Of a DNA stretch of 64,000 nucleotides, positions 33,077-42,529 are shown piece by piece. Within the stretch, counting starts at the first letter, position 1. Every line of letters begins with the position of its first letter. This stretch comes from an uncultured delta proteobacterium (GTDB lineage: Bacteria > Desulfobacterota > RBG-13-43-22). The notes below the pieces were generated by a model. The model had not been told where the DNA came from and made no database searches. It was given only the letters and a program-made list of their open reading frames with translations. The position numbers and the translations under genes were made by a program. The stretch covers positions 155,855 through 219,854 of the forward strand of contig CAWDKY010000014.1 in assembly GCA_963802945.1 (NCBI GenBank), in the 5' to 3' direction.

Positions 33077-33172
33077 ACTCTTTGGCCCGATGGATTTTAC
33101 CGTATCCTTCCTTAAAATCCATGCCCAAAAATGTAATTTAGAATTAACAGGATGAGGAAAAACATTTTTAAA

Positions 33173-33295
33173 AGGTTGCTCAAAAAGGTTTAGATACAAG
33201 GCGCCCGAAACCCCGAGGAATGAGTCGTACATAAAAGTACGTCGCAATGACGAGGGATGAGGGCAACAAAGTAGATAGACCTTTTTCAGCAACCT
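33173..33295. mobile_element. MITE-like palindromic element
   Basis: TIRs aggttgctcaaaaaggt / acctttttcagcaacct; core gaggaatgagtcgtac-N6-gtacgtcgcaat. Confidence 0.7.
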
Positions 33296-33313
33296 GTTAA
33301 AGGATAAAAAAAC

Positions 33314-34342
33314 ATGAGCTTCAAGTACATTAGAGCAATATCCACTCCCCAGGAGATTCTGGAGGCTATGCCGCTGTCACAGGACCTGGCTCGCATCAAG
33401 AAAAATCGGGATCAGGAGATCAAGACCGTCTTCACTAGGGAGAGCAACAGGTTCCTGCTCATCATCGGCCCTTGTTCGGCCCATGATGAAGATGCGGTCT
33501 GCGATTATATAGCTCGGTTGGCCCGGGTGCAGGCAGAGGTCAAGGATAAGATCATCCTGATTCCGAGAATCTATACCAACAAACCCCGCACCGACGGTAT
33601 GGGCTATAAGGGCATGGTCCACCAGCCGGACCCCCACCAAGAACCCAATATTGTCGAAGGAATCCAGGCCATCCGGAGGATGCACATCCGCGCCCTTCGG
33701 GAATCAAACCTTCCGGCTGCCGATGAAATGCTCTATCCCGGAAACTATCCTTACCTTGAGGATGTTTTAAGTTATGTGGCGGTGGGTGCCCGTTCGGTGG
33801 AGAATCAGGCCCATCGCCTGACCTGCAGCGGTCTTGAAGTACCTGTGGGTATGAAAAATCCGACTTCCGGAGAACTTGAAGTGGCCCTTAATTCTATTCA
33901 GGCTTCACAAGCTTCCCATGTTTTCAATTATAATGGCTGGGAAGTCAAGACCACCGGCAATCCCCTGACCCATGCCGTGCTTCGGGGAGCGGTGGATCAC
34001 TTCAAGCTGGCGGTTCCCAATTACCATTTCGAGGATCTGACCCTTTTTGCCAAGGCCTATCAGAAACGAGGGTTGGTCAACCCGACGATCATCGTGGACA
34101 CCAATCATGCCAACTCCAACAAGAAATTTGCCGAACAACCCCGTATCGCCAAAGAGGTTATGCACAGCCGTCGGCACTCCGGTCTGCTTACGGATATGGT
34201 TCGGGGCTTGATGATCGAAAGTTTTATCGAGGAAGGCTCCCAGCCCCCGACGGGTACGGTGTACGGGAAGTCGATCACCGACCCGTGTTTAAGCTGGAAA
34301 GACAGCGAAAGGCTGATTCGTGATCTGGCCGGGATGCTATAG
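33314..34342 (+). CDS. DAHP synthase, class I-alpha (AroG/AroH-like)
   Basis: IGPCSAH, KPRT, GYKG, VGARS, GMKNPTSG, HANS, IES, YGKSITDPC. Confidence 0.92.
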   Translation: MSFKYIRAISTPQEILEAMPLSQDLARIKKNRDQEIKTVFTRESNRFLLIIGPCSAHDEDAVCDYIARLARVQAEVKDKIILIPRIYTNKPRTDGMGYKGMVHQPDPHQEPNIVEGIQAIRRMHIRALRESNLPAADEMLYPGNYPYLEDVLSYVAVGARSVENQAHRLTCSGLEVPVGMKNPTSGELEVALNSIQASQASHVFNYNGWEVKTTGNPLTHAVLRGAVDHFKLAVPNYHFEDLTLFAKAYQKRGLVNPTIIVDTNHANSNKKFAEQPRIAKEVMHSRRHSGLLTDMVRGLMIESFIEEGSQPPTGTVYGKSITDPCLSWKDSERLIRDLAGML

Positions 34343-34460
34343 TATCACCTGATTTTCCCTCGCCCTGCCAGGTTATACAATCGGCCTTTCCCTTCCCCCC
34401 ATGTGGTTTGACATTACCCTTCAAACTTAGCCTTTGGCCCGACGCTTTTTGACACTTGTC

Positions 34461-35012
34461 CTAGTATTTCGCAACCCAAGCCGCGAAGGCTTCCATGAAC
34501 TTTACGAGAAATTCCCGAGTTGCTTCATTCTTAATAGTTCCATCCGCATCGAAGAGCTGCGCAGCACCGCCGATGTAGGCCTCAGGCTGCGGCATGGTGG
34601 GAATATCCAGGAATACGAGAGATTGCCGGAGATGATGATTGGCGCCAAAGCCGCCAATGGCACCCGGGGAAACGCTTATCACCGCACCAGGCTTTCCTCC
34701 CCAGACACTTTGGCCGAAGGGCCGCGATCCTACATCAAGAGCGTTCTTTAGCACGGCGGGAACGGATCGGTTGTATTCCGGTGTGATGAACAGCACGCCG
34801 TCAAAAGATTTCACCCGCTGCCGGAACTCTATCCAGGCCGAAGGCGGCTTTCCCTCATCATCATAGTCTTGATTGTAGAGTGCCAGCCCGCCGATTTCGA
34901 CAATTTCAAACATGAGTGATTCAGGCGCCAGTGCGATAAGCGCCTTGGCCATTTTCCGATTGAAGGATTCTTTGCGAAGGCTTCCTACAAAAACAGCAAT
35001 CTTTTTAGTCAT
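34461..35012 (-). CDS. NADPH-dependent FMN reductase (ChrR-like)
   Basis: GSLRKESFN, TPEYNRS, LKNALD, SPGAIGG. Confidence 0.92.
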   Translation of the reverse strand: MTKKIAVFVGSLRKESFNRKMAKALIALAPESLMFEIVEIGGLALYNQDYDDEGKPPSAWIEFRQRVKSFDGVLFITPEYNRSVPAVLKNALDVGSRPFGQSVWGGKPGAVISVSPGAIGGFGANHHLRQSLVFLDIPTMPQPEAYIGGAAQLFDADGTIKNEATREFLVKFMEAFAAWVAKY

Positions 35013-35105
35013 TCTTTATCCTCCCTCTTTATTGACTCTTTGGATGGTTATCCAATTCGTGGTGACCCAGGGGTCGGGCCTGAAACCCAAAAGTACGAAA
35101 AACGC

Positions 35106-35205
35106 CCTTTTTATCCCCCAAAAACTCATTATAGGCCCTTTTTAGAGGGCTCAGACGATAGTATTCCCTGCTAGATTAATCAGCTCCCGTGGGCCGACCC
35201 CATCC
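35106..35205. repeat. About 100-bp direct repeat, copy 1 (copy 2 at 36737-36836)
   Basis: aaaactcattataggccctttttaga..gctcaga.gatagtat...ccgacccc in both copies. Confidence 0.85.
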
Positions 35206-35213
35206 CTACTTGG

Positions 35214-36650
35214 TTAATCTCCCGATTCTTTCTTTCCCTTGCAACGATCCAGTTTTGGATCCATCCATGGGAGAATTTTTTCCGCAGGAATCTTATGTGT
35301 TGGACCAAAGTAAGAATAGTCTTTAGACCAATAATAAGGTGGGATGTTGAAAGAGACCTTCTGTTGCTCGGGGGGAACAAATTCGTTTATATGCATATCC
35401 TCGATAACTTTGTGGTCGCAGGCCCGCATTTTGAACACCTGCCCGTTTTCTTCTTGATAGGCATCTCCCTCCCAGACCTTGATGATCTTTTCTGCATCCG
35501 TACTGCCGGCCCTTTCGATTACACTCATTAGCCAATAAACCTCCATCGCTCCCCCAATATCGATTGTATAAGTCCCCTTGAAGGACATCTTAAATTTGCT
35601 GTTATACATTTTGTAGAATTTAATATTTTCTGGTGTTTTGAAGGTCGGATTATCACTCTGATACCCGACAAGCTGCACCAAACCTTTTGATCTCTCGACT
35701 CCGATGTCGCTAAGGGCATTGGGATCAGATAGGAAAATGTGGGCAAAAGGAAGCTTGACCCCCATTTGCCTGGTTTGTTTAAGGAGGTTGGCAGCGTCCG
35801 GAATCCAGTCACCCGTGAAAATCACTTCAGCACCAGAGGCCTTTATCTTCGTAACATAAGGGGCATAGTCAGTCAGATACAGCTTATGATAATCCTCACC
35901 GACGATCTGGGCTTCGGGATAATATTCTTTTAAGCCCTTTTTAAACGACTCGGCCAGGTCATGGCCGAACATGTAATCCTGACAGATAATATAAAACTTT
36001 TTTTCTTTTTTTCTTATTTGTCCATAATAATAGGCGAAGCCTTTGCCAACCTGTGAAGTCGAATACATGGTCATGAAGGCGTAGCGGGAAAAATTCGTGG
36101 CGTCCATGAGTTCGTCGGATAAGGAAGCCATGTTCTGTGAAATAATATGATATTTCTCGGCTGTCTCGTTCATAATTTTCACCAGGTTGCTGCCGTTGGT
36201 GCCCCACAAGACGTGGACCTTTTCCTGCAGGGCCATTTGCTCACAGATCTTCTTACACTGGTCAGGTCTGGACATATGATCGGCCTTGAAGACCTGCACC
36301 AGCTTCTTCTTCCCATCAACCAGGATGCCCCCCCTCTTGTTGTAATCGTGGGCCACCCACTGGACCATCGTAAAGTATTGTTCACCCAAGGCCGCGCCCG
36401 GACCGGAAAAAGATCCCACTACCGCTATTTTGATGGTGTCTCCGGTCGGGATCACCGGGTTGCTGGGATCGAAGTCGGACATATCGCCCATTTTGTTGAC
36501 ATCAAATCTGGCATTCGCTGCCGGCACTTTGGCTTTCCCCTCCGCTTTTTTGGCTCTTGCTCCCATGGCCTGGTTCGGACTCATGGCTGTTAAAAGGAAG
36601 AAAAAAGAAAAAACACAGAAAAGTATTAAAATCTCTTTACCCGTTTTCAT
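35214..36650 (-). CDS. ABC transporter substrate-binding protein, LivK/J-like, orphan
   Basis: Signal peptide, TIKIAVVGSFSGP, QDYMFG, DYAPYVTKIKASGA. Confidence 0.85.
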   Translation of the reverse strand: MKTGKEILILFCVFSFFFLLTAMSPNQAMGARAKKAEGKAKVPAANARFDVNKMGDMSDFDPSNPVIPTGDTIKIAVVGSFSGPGAALGEQYFTMVQWVAHDYNKRGGILVDGKKKLVQVFKADHMSRPDQCKKICEQMALQEKVHVLWGTNGSNLVKIMNETAEKYHIISQNMASLSDELMDATNFSRYAFMTMYSTSQVGKGFAYYYGQIRKKEKKFYIICQDYMFGHDLAESFKKGLKEYYPEAQIVGEDYHKLYLTDYAPYVTKIKASGAEVIFTGDWIPDAANLLKQTRQMGVKLPFAHIFLSDPNALSDIGVERSKGLVQLVGYQSDNPTFKTPENIKFYKMYNSKFKMSFKGTYTIDIGGAMEVYWLMSVIERAGSTDAEKIIKVWEGDAYQEENGQVFKMRACDHKVIEDMHINEFVPPEQQKVSFNIPPYYWSKDYSYFGPTHKIPAEKILPWMDPKLDRCKGKKESGD

Positions 36651-36736
36651 TTTAAACATCCTCCTTAATTAAAGATGATAAAAGCAAAGCATCTTTTTTT
36701 AAAACTACCTCATCTATTTTTTTCTGGAAAGACCCA

Positions 36737-36836
36737 CCTTTTTACCCCCCAAAACTCATTATAGGCCCTTTTTAGAAGGCTCAGATGATAGTATCTCTTG
36801 CCAGGTCATTCAGTTCCCGTGGCCCGACCCCCTTCC
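36737..36836. repeat. About 100-bp direct repeat, copy 2
   Basis: Aligned by eye with 35106-35205. Confidence 0.85.
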
Positions 36837-36848
36837 AAAACCCTCCCT

Positions 36849-37670
36849 TCAATTTCTTCGTTCCTCCCCCATTCCACGTCTTGGGAGCGGTTGTTGCGGG
36901 AACTGCCCGCCGTTGGCCACGGCGACCGCTGCAACGATGACCCACAGCGCTGCGGCCAATAAAAGGTAATAGATCATGAGGGATACCCCTTTCGCCGAAG
37001 GCGCGAGGATAAAGAGCGAGCTGGCTGTGAGACTCGCGTGCATGAGCATTGCCACGAGCAGGCTCTCACTACGGTCGTAGCCCACGAGCACCCTTAGGCC
37101 GGTAGTACCCCTACGTAGAAGAGGCACACAGGAGGAGGATAGACGCTCCGGAGGAATCGCCGCTTCCCGAAGGTCGGCAAGAAGTGCCACGCTCCCCACA
37201 GAAAGCCGACAGCCCGGTGGTAAAGACACCATAGTGCCGCCTCAGCCCTAGCACGGCGAACCCCGTCCAGCCTAGCTCCTCTAAGAAGCCTCCCCCTATA
37301 GGTCCAATCATAATACCGGACAGATAAGGCTAACCTTGTTAGCCGTAGTGAGATACCTGAGAAATACGGAGATTAGCGAAAGCCAAGGAGTGACGTCACC
37401 AGGACGGGCGGTCAGGAGCGCTACCGCGTACCAGCGAGTGCCCACCCGCCAGGCCGGAAGAGTTCGCGAAAGCCCGTCCTTCCATAGACGAGGCCCAAGA
37501 TCTTGCTATACTGGGGCGAGAAAAACAGCAGAAACACGAGGGCCATATTCTGGAATTGTTCGCTGGGGTCGGCATCCTTCCCCCAAGATGAGTACGCCGC
37601 CAAGGAGATAAGCGAACGTTGGACAGTTTCCGATTAAGGATTCTTTGAAGAAATCCTAAAAGGTCGTCAA
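36849..37670 (-). pseudogene. Degenerate CPBP (CAAX/Abi) intramembrane protease
   Basis: Fragments EELGWTGFA and LLVAMLMHAS in different frames, early in-frame stop, several frameshifts; TTG start after AGGAGG. Confidence 0.75.
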
Positions 37671-37796
37671 CGATTTCCTCCTTTTGCGGCCTAACAACTT
37701 ATTATAAAGTTTGCTGGTTATCAACTTTAAATCCAGGTAAAAAGAAAAGAGGGGCGACCTTAAATATTTAAATAAATCAAGCTTCCAATCTGATAT

Positions 37797-38435
37797 TTAC
37801 AGCCAGCTTACTGATTTTCCCAATGTAGGATATTCGACCGAAGGAGGTTGATATTTGTCTGCCGGATATCCCAGCGCGCATCCATCAAGCGCATATTCTC
37901 CAACGGGAATACTGAGAAGTCTGCAAAAATCCGGGTCACTATCCATTTGCATCGTCGCACTGATAAGTTGAAGACCAATACCGAGTGATGTTGCTTTCAG
38001 CCACATATTATCAAGGCAGTAGCTAAGGGATTGCGCGGCAACTGGAGGCATTCCTTTTCTTTCTGAGACAACAACAAAATATGGTGCGTTACCGACACCG
38101 GGTACGCCTTGTTGTCCGATTCGCTTCAGATTCTGCACAAAAGGAACCGGTCCCACCTTCTTTTCAAGTTCATCGGCCAGCTTTGCCATTCGGTTTTTGA
38201 GAATATTCGCTGCGGCCTCCATTGATGCTGACGAGTTTCGAATCACGAATACCTTTCGAAAATCAGGTTTCCCGGCAACGGCAAGTGCTCCAAATGGAGC
38301 TAATAGGCCCGCTTGGATTATTGCCTCAATAGCCTCTTGGCTTGGCGGGGTAGAGCTAAACGCTCTTACTGAGTGCCGAGCTCTTATGATTACATCAAGG
38401 GCTGCACTATGTTCGGGTGTGATGTTTTCAAACAT
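37797..38435 (-). CDS. Nitroreductase family protein
   Basis: RHSVRAF, AP motif, NMWLKATSLGIG, LGYP. Confidence 0.88.
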   Translation of the reverse strand: MFENITPEHSAALDVIIRARHSVRAFSSTPPSQEAIEAIIQAGLLAPFGALAVAGKPDFRKVFVIRNSSASMEAAANILKNRMAKLADELEKKVGPVPFVQNLKRIGQQGVPGVGNAPYFVVVSERKGMPPVAAQSLSYCLDNMWLKATSLGIGLQLISATMQMDSDPDFCRLLSIPVGEYALDGCALGYPADKYQPPSVEYPTLGKSVSWL

Positions 38436-38510
38436 CCTGCTCTCCTTTCATTTGTTGTATTTTCTGTTATACCGAAGTGGTTAAGAAATAAGTAAGATGT
38501 CCCCAGATTC
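38257..38510. repeat. 254-bp direct repeat, copy 1 (nitroreductase 5' end and upstream region)
   Basis: Near-identical to 40458-40711. Confidence 0.92.
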
Positions 38511-38620
38511 TCTACTAAATTGTTTCATAAAAAAGTTAAGGATTATGATTAGAAATGGTGATTACCTCTGCTGCACAGGCAAATAAAACACATTTCTGTT
38601 TCTTATTTTTTTTTCATGTT

Positions 38621-39071
38621 CTAGCCTTCTTGGATGGTTTCTGGTTCTCTGATACCCTTTCCCGTATCTCCTGGATTCTCTGTTTCAAGAAGCGATACCT
38701 TGATATTTGTACAAACATCATCAATATACGTAATTGTGAATTTGAATTTTATTATTTTATCAGCTTCATCTTTACTACCCGAAATTTTCCGAAGCAAGGT
38801 CAACAATCTCCTATGGAGTCCAATACACCCTGTCCAGCAATCGTATCCCCATCAACATAATAATTGCCCCATTCAACATAATAATAATAGACACAAATCT
38901 TGCTGTTTCCCTCCGTCTTGGTTTCTAATGCGTTTCCCAGTTGATTTTCTATTTCATATTGTTTTGCGCCCACTTTGACAACAGAAATATCACTCTTTTT
39001 TGTATCAGATCGCTATTAATTGCACATCCGGCCAGCAAACACGCTGCCATCACAATCATAAATTTCTTCAT
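38621..39071 (-). pseudogene. Frameshifted small lipoprotein
   Basis: RBS aaagggag, MKKFMIVMAACLLAGC lipobox, continues through frameshifts into ORF 38621..38806. Confidence 0.5.
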
Positions 39072-39543
39072 ACGATCTCCCTTTCAAATCTGTCCAAGAT
39101 TTATAATCGCTATGCTCACGCCATGAGCGCCGCCTGGTTATGAATCCCCCGAACCCTGCTTTCTCCTGTCCAGTCCCGTTCTATAAGATTTTCCCGTGCC
39201 CAGCTTATTCGCATCAGATAATTTCTCATCTTTCCTTTCTCATGCTATCCATTATTTCCATCATGACAGCAGAAATAAAAAACAGTATTAAGGGTATATG
39301 GAATATAAACGCCATTAGCCAAAATACGTTGACCCTCTCCCATGGAATTTGGCACCTTGGCAATGAAGATAAAGAGGCCAGGAATCAAAAACAGAAGAAA
39401 GACTATCAAAAGTCTTCCCATATGCTTACTCTCCTTGGTTCCTCTAAGGCCTGAAGGAATGTGGACGGTAGAAAGTTGTCGGCCTATCCAGTATTATCAG
39501 TTTTCATCTTTGTTTAGGGTCTAATTTATTGGCCCTTTTGAGA

Positions 39544-39807
39544 TTACCTGTTCTTTGAATATTTTGGTTCAAAATAAACTCCAGTATTGCTAAGCTTCAT
39601 CTGTGTGAAGGCATTAGGAGCATTAAATATCCTTTGTCCATCTTATATAAGCCTCATTTTCCTTTTTCGATCCATATCACTCGGATTATCACAAAGCCCA
39701 CATATAATAGAGGTCTCTGGAAATCCAATAGGTTTTAAATAGCCAATATATTTCCTAACTCGTCCATTCGGCCAGGCATGGTTCTCTAAACATTGGCACA
39801 AAGCCAT
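39544..39807 (-). pseudogene. Frameshifted small Cys-containing hypothetical protein
   Basis: MALCQCLENHAWP...KPIGFPETSIICGLCDNP then GQRIFNAPN in another frame. Confidence 0.4.
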
Positions 39808-39817
39808 ATCTATCCCC

Positions 39818-40365
39818 CTAATATCTGGCTTGATAGGTCTCGGAATGACCCTTATATTGGTTCCAGTTGTCCATGTATGGTTTGGCCAGTTCTTTAGACT
39901 TGACGATCAAGAGATTTTCAGCATTTCTCTTTTCTGCCGCCTCGTGAAATTAAAGGACCCGGTGATAACCGTCTCCCTGTCAATGACCATAATTTTATCG
40001 TGGGCGATGGCGTGGCGGTCATCAATATAGGTTGGAATACCCACATTAGCCATAAAGCTAGCGGAAGTGTACTTTTCAGACCTCTGGCTCTTATCCAGAA
40101 TAACCTGGACATTTATTCCTCGCTTGTGAGCAGAAAGAAGGGCGTTGGCTATTGGCTGAGAGGTGAAAGTATAGGCTTGGACCAGGATTTCTGTCTTGGC
40201 TTGATCGATCTCTTGAATAATGGCTTCGGCAGCTCCCCCATTAGGGCTGAAATAAACCTGGACCGACGTATTGTTTAGGATTAGGTTTAAGGGATAGGAT
40301 AAGGAAGGTATGAACAATAAAATAAAAACTGTAAAAAGGAAAAAAGGGCCAATGGATTTTTTCAT
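39818..40365 (-). CDS. Single-HKD phospholipase D family nuclease (Nuc-like), frameshift near 39942
   Basis: Signal peptide, VYFSPNGG, AYTFT, HDKIMVID (HxKxxxxD), TGSFNFT then AAEKRNAENLL in next frame. Confidence 0.85.
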
Positions 40366-40457
40366 TTTGATCTCCGCAATAAAGGGAAGATTAGCCCTTA
40401 TAGGTTCTGTTTGCAAGAAGTATGAAAAGAACTGATAGACCCTTTCCTGGTTGATGA

Positions 40458-40636
40458 CGAAAATCAGATTTCCCGGCAACGGCCAGTGCTCCAAATGGAG
40501 CTAATAGGCCCGCTTGGATTATTGCCTCAATAGCCTCTTGGCTTGGCGGGGTAGAGCTAAAAGCTCTTACTGAGTGCCGGGCTCTTATGATGACATCCAG
40601 GGCTGCACTATGTTCGGGTGTGATGTCTTCAAACAT
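40458..40636 (-). pseudogene. Truncated duplicate of the nitroreductase (first ~60 codons)
   Basis: MFEDITPEHSAALDVIIRARHSVRAF...GKSDFR then diverges. Confidence 0.9.
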
Positions 40637-40732
40637 CCTGCGTTCCTTTCATTTATTGTATCCTCTTTTATACCGAAGTGGTTAAGAAATAAGTAAGAGG
40701 TCCCCAGATTCACATTTTCCCTTGCAGGATGC

Positions 40733-42202
40733 CTAACCGGAAGAGGGTTTTTTCATACGTTGATTTTTTTCAACGAATTCTAAAGAATTTATAATATTAA
40801 CTAATTTCGAATAAGGGCGGACTAATTCCATGTAGACTCGAGAAAATAATCTGGCTCCGGATACTAATGACGTGCCATTCGAATTTTCATATTTTACAAA
40901 TCGTTTGTCTCTATATTCAAAAAGAGGCTTTGATGCCCCTGCCTCCTCAATTTGGTGAGCCTCTTTACCGGTAATAAAGCCCATCTTTATTCCGAGATCA
41001 GAAGCTATATTAAAAAATTTTTCATAATTAAATTGGGCAAAAATTTTAACTCTTTTCGTAATCAAGTCCATGATTACTTCTTTAGGATACCAGACGAATG
41101 GGGGCATAGCTATCGGAGTCATCATACATTGTTCAAAAAGATTTATTATTTTTGGCATTTTGAGAAGGTATTCTATATCACCGTCTTCGGCCCCGCAAAA
41201 CCTTCCGGTATTCATATGGTAAAACATACTGGCAAGTTTTAATTGTCTTCTGGGATCATTCTGATTATCTTCAGAAGTCGCAAATAGGTTAAGACATTTA
41301 TCCAATGATAGGCCGTATGATCTTTCCAGTTTTGCCCTTGATACCAAGGTATGGATTTGATCTCTATAATCATGTGAGGGAATCGAATCGTGAAAAATTA
41401 ATTTTGTGCCATTCACAGGATGAACACCTTCATTTTTTGAGATTATATTTTCAAAATTTTCCAACCGGGCTTTCTGGCGCAGAAATCTCCTTGCGTGCTG
41501 TTCCAAATGAGGATCGGTATTCGCGAGTTTTGATAGGGTGTCATCTATATTATCTTCGTTCGCGTGTTTTAGCAAATCACCCAAGAAGACGTTCTTAGTA
41601 CCAACTTTAAGTTCTGCAATGATTGAATTAACAACGTTTTTGCCAGGGTCCCATTTCAATATAATTAGATCGCCCAATTGTACAACGGTAGTAAGATCAC
41701 AAATTAAATTGAATGAACCATCCTTATTGTCTTTTTCTTCCAGTTTGAGAAGAGGTTCGATGGTTTTGATATCTATTCTTCTCGTGCCACCTTCTATTCG
41801 GTATCTCCGCAGAATCCACTTTTGTGGCCAGACCAAGGTCCATAACATGCTGTCCAATAATCTTCTAAATATTAATTGGCGATTTTCAATTACAAAACGC
41901 AGATTTCTGATGTCATTCGCTTCTTGAGGTTCTCTTTTAGAACGTAATTTTTTCTCTTTATCCTTTAAGGATCTAATTTGCTCTTCTAATTCGAGCACCT
42001 TCCATCCAATCGTAATTTGGGTTTTTTTAAAATCAGGAAAGCAGATGGCCTTAAACATTCTATGAGCATCCGTGTGCCAAATATCATATGGACTTAGCCC
42101 AACCAATTTCATTCCATCAAAACCTGTACGGTATGCGGAATCATATTGAGCTGAGATCATGTTTTCAATTGGCTCAAGGGAGGGATGTTCTAGTTCGAAC
42201 AT
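40733..42202 (-). CDS. AT-rich hypothetical protein, possible PD-(D/E)xK nuclease fold
   Basis: Intact 489-aa ORF; coiled coil then CDLTTVVQLGDLII...IIAELKVG. Confidence 0.7.
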   Translation of the reverse strand: MFELEHPSLEPIENMISAQYDSAYRTGFDGMKLVGLSPYDIWHTDAHRMFKAICFPDFKKTQITIGWKVLELEEQIRSLKDKEKKLRSKREPQEANDIRNLRFVIENRQLIFRRLLDSMLWTLVWPQKWILRRYRIEGGTRRIDIKTIEPLLKLEEKDNKDGSFNLICDLTTVVQLGDLIILKWDPGKNVVNSIIAELKVGTKNVFLGDLLKHANEDNIDDTLSKLANTDPHLEQHARRFLRQKARLENFENIISKNEGVHPVNGTKLIFHDSIPSHDYRDQIHTLVSRAKLERSYGLSLDKCLNLFATSEDNQNDPRRQLKLASMFYHMNTGRFCGAEDGDIEYLLKMPKIINLFEQCMMTPIAMPPFVWYPKEVIMDLITKRVKIFAQFNYEKFFNIASDLGIKMGFITGKEAHQIEEAGASKPLFEYRDKRFVKYENSNGTSLVSGARLFSRVYMELVRPYSKLVNIINSLEFVEKNQRMKKPSSG

Positions 42203-42346
42203 AATATAACCCGAATTGTATTTAAGGGTTCAAAAAATAAACAAAAGACAAAATCGAAAGTGGATAATCTGGTTGCCTTGCAACTTATTAAACCAACTGC
42301 AAATCTGGGGACATAATACTTATTTTTTGATCTGAGGTTGAGGGTT

Positions 42347-42473
42347 GAAAGAACCCCCTTTATGTTTATCAAGAAGCCCAAGAAGGGCAGGTGTTATTGG
42401 ATGGAAATATTTTTTTAAGTGAGACTGGCTGAAGTGTATAGTATAAGCGGTTAATTTGTCAATAGAATTATCA
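42347..42473 (-). repeat. 127-bp promoter-containing direct repeat, copy 1 (copy 2 at 43861-43987)
   Basis: tttatcaagaagcccaagaagggca..ttattggatgga shared; minus-strand TTGACA-N18-TACACT / TAAATT. Confidence 0.8.
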
Positions 42474-42475
42474 AG

Positions 42476-42514
42476 GGAAAAGGGGACCGAAAGGTTGAGG
42501 CCGTCCGGTCCCCT
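42476..42514 (-). terminator. Probable intrinsic terminator
   Basis: ggggaccg / cggtcccc stem with T run on the minus strand after the serine hydrolase. Confidence 0.5.
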
Positions 42515-42529
42515 CCAGATTTTACCAAA

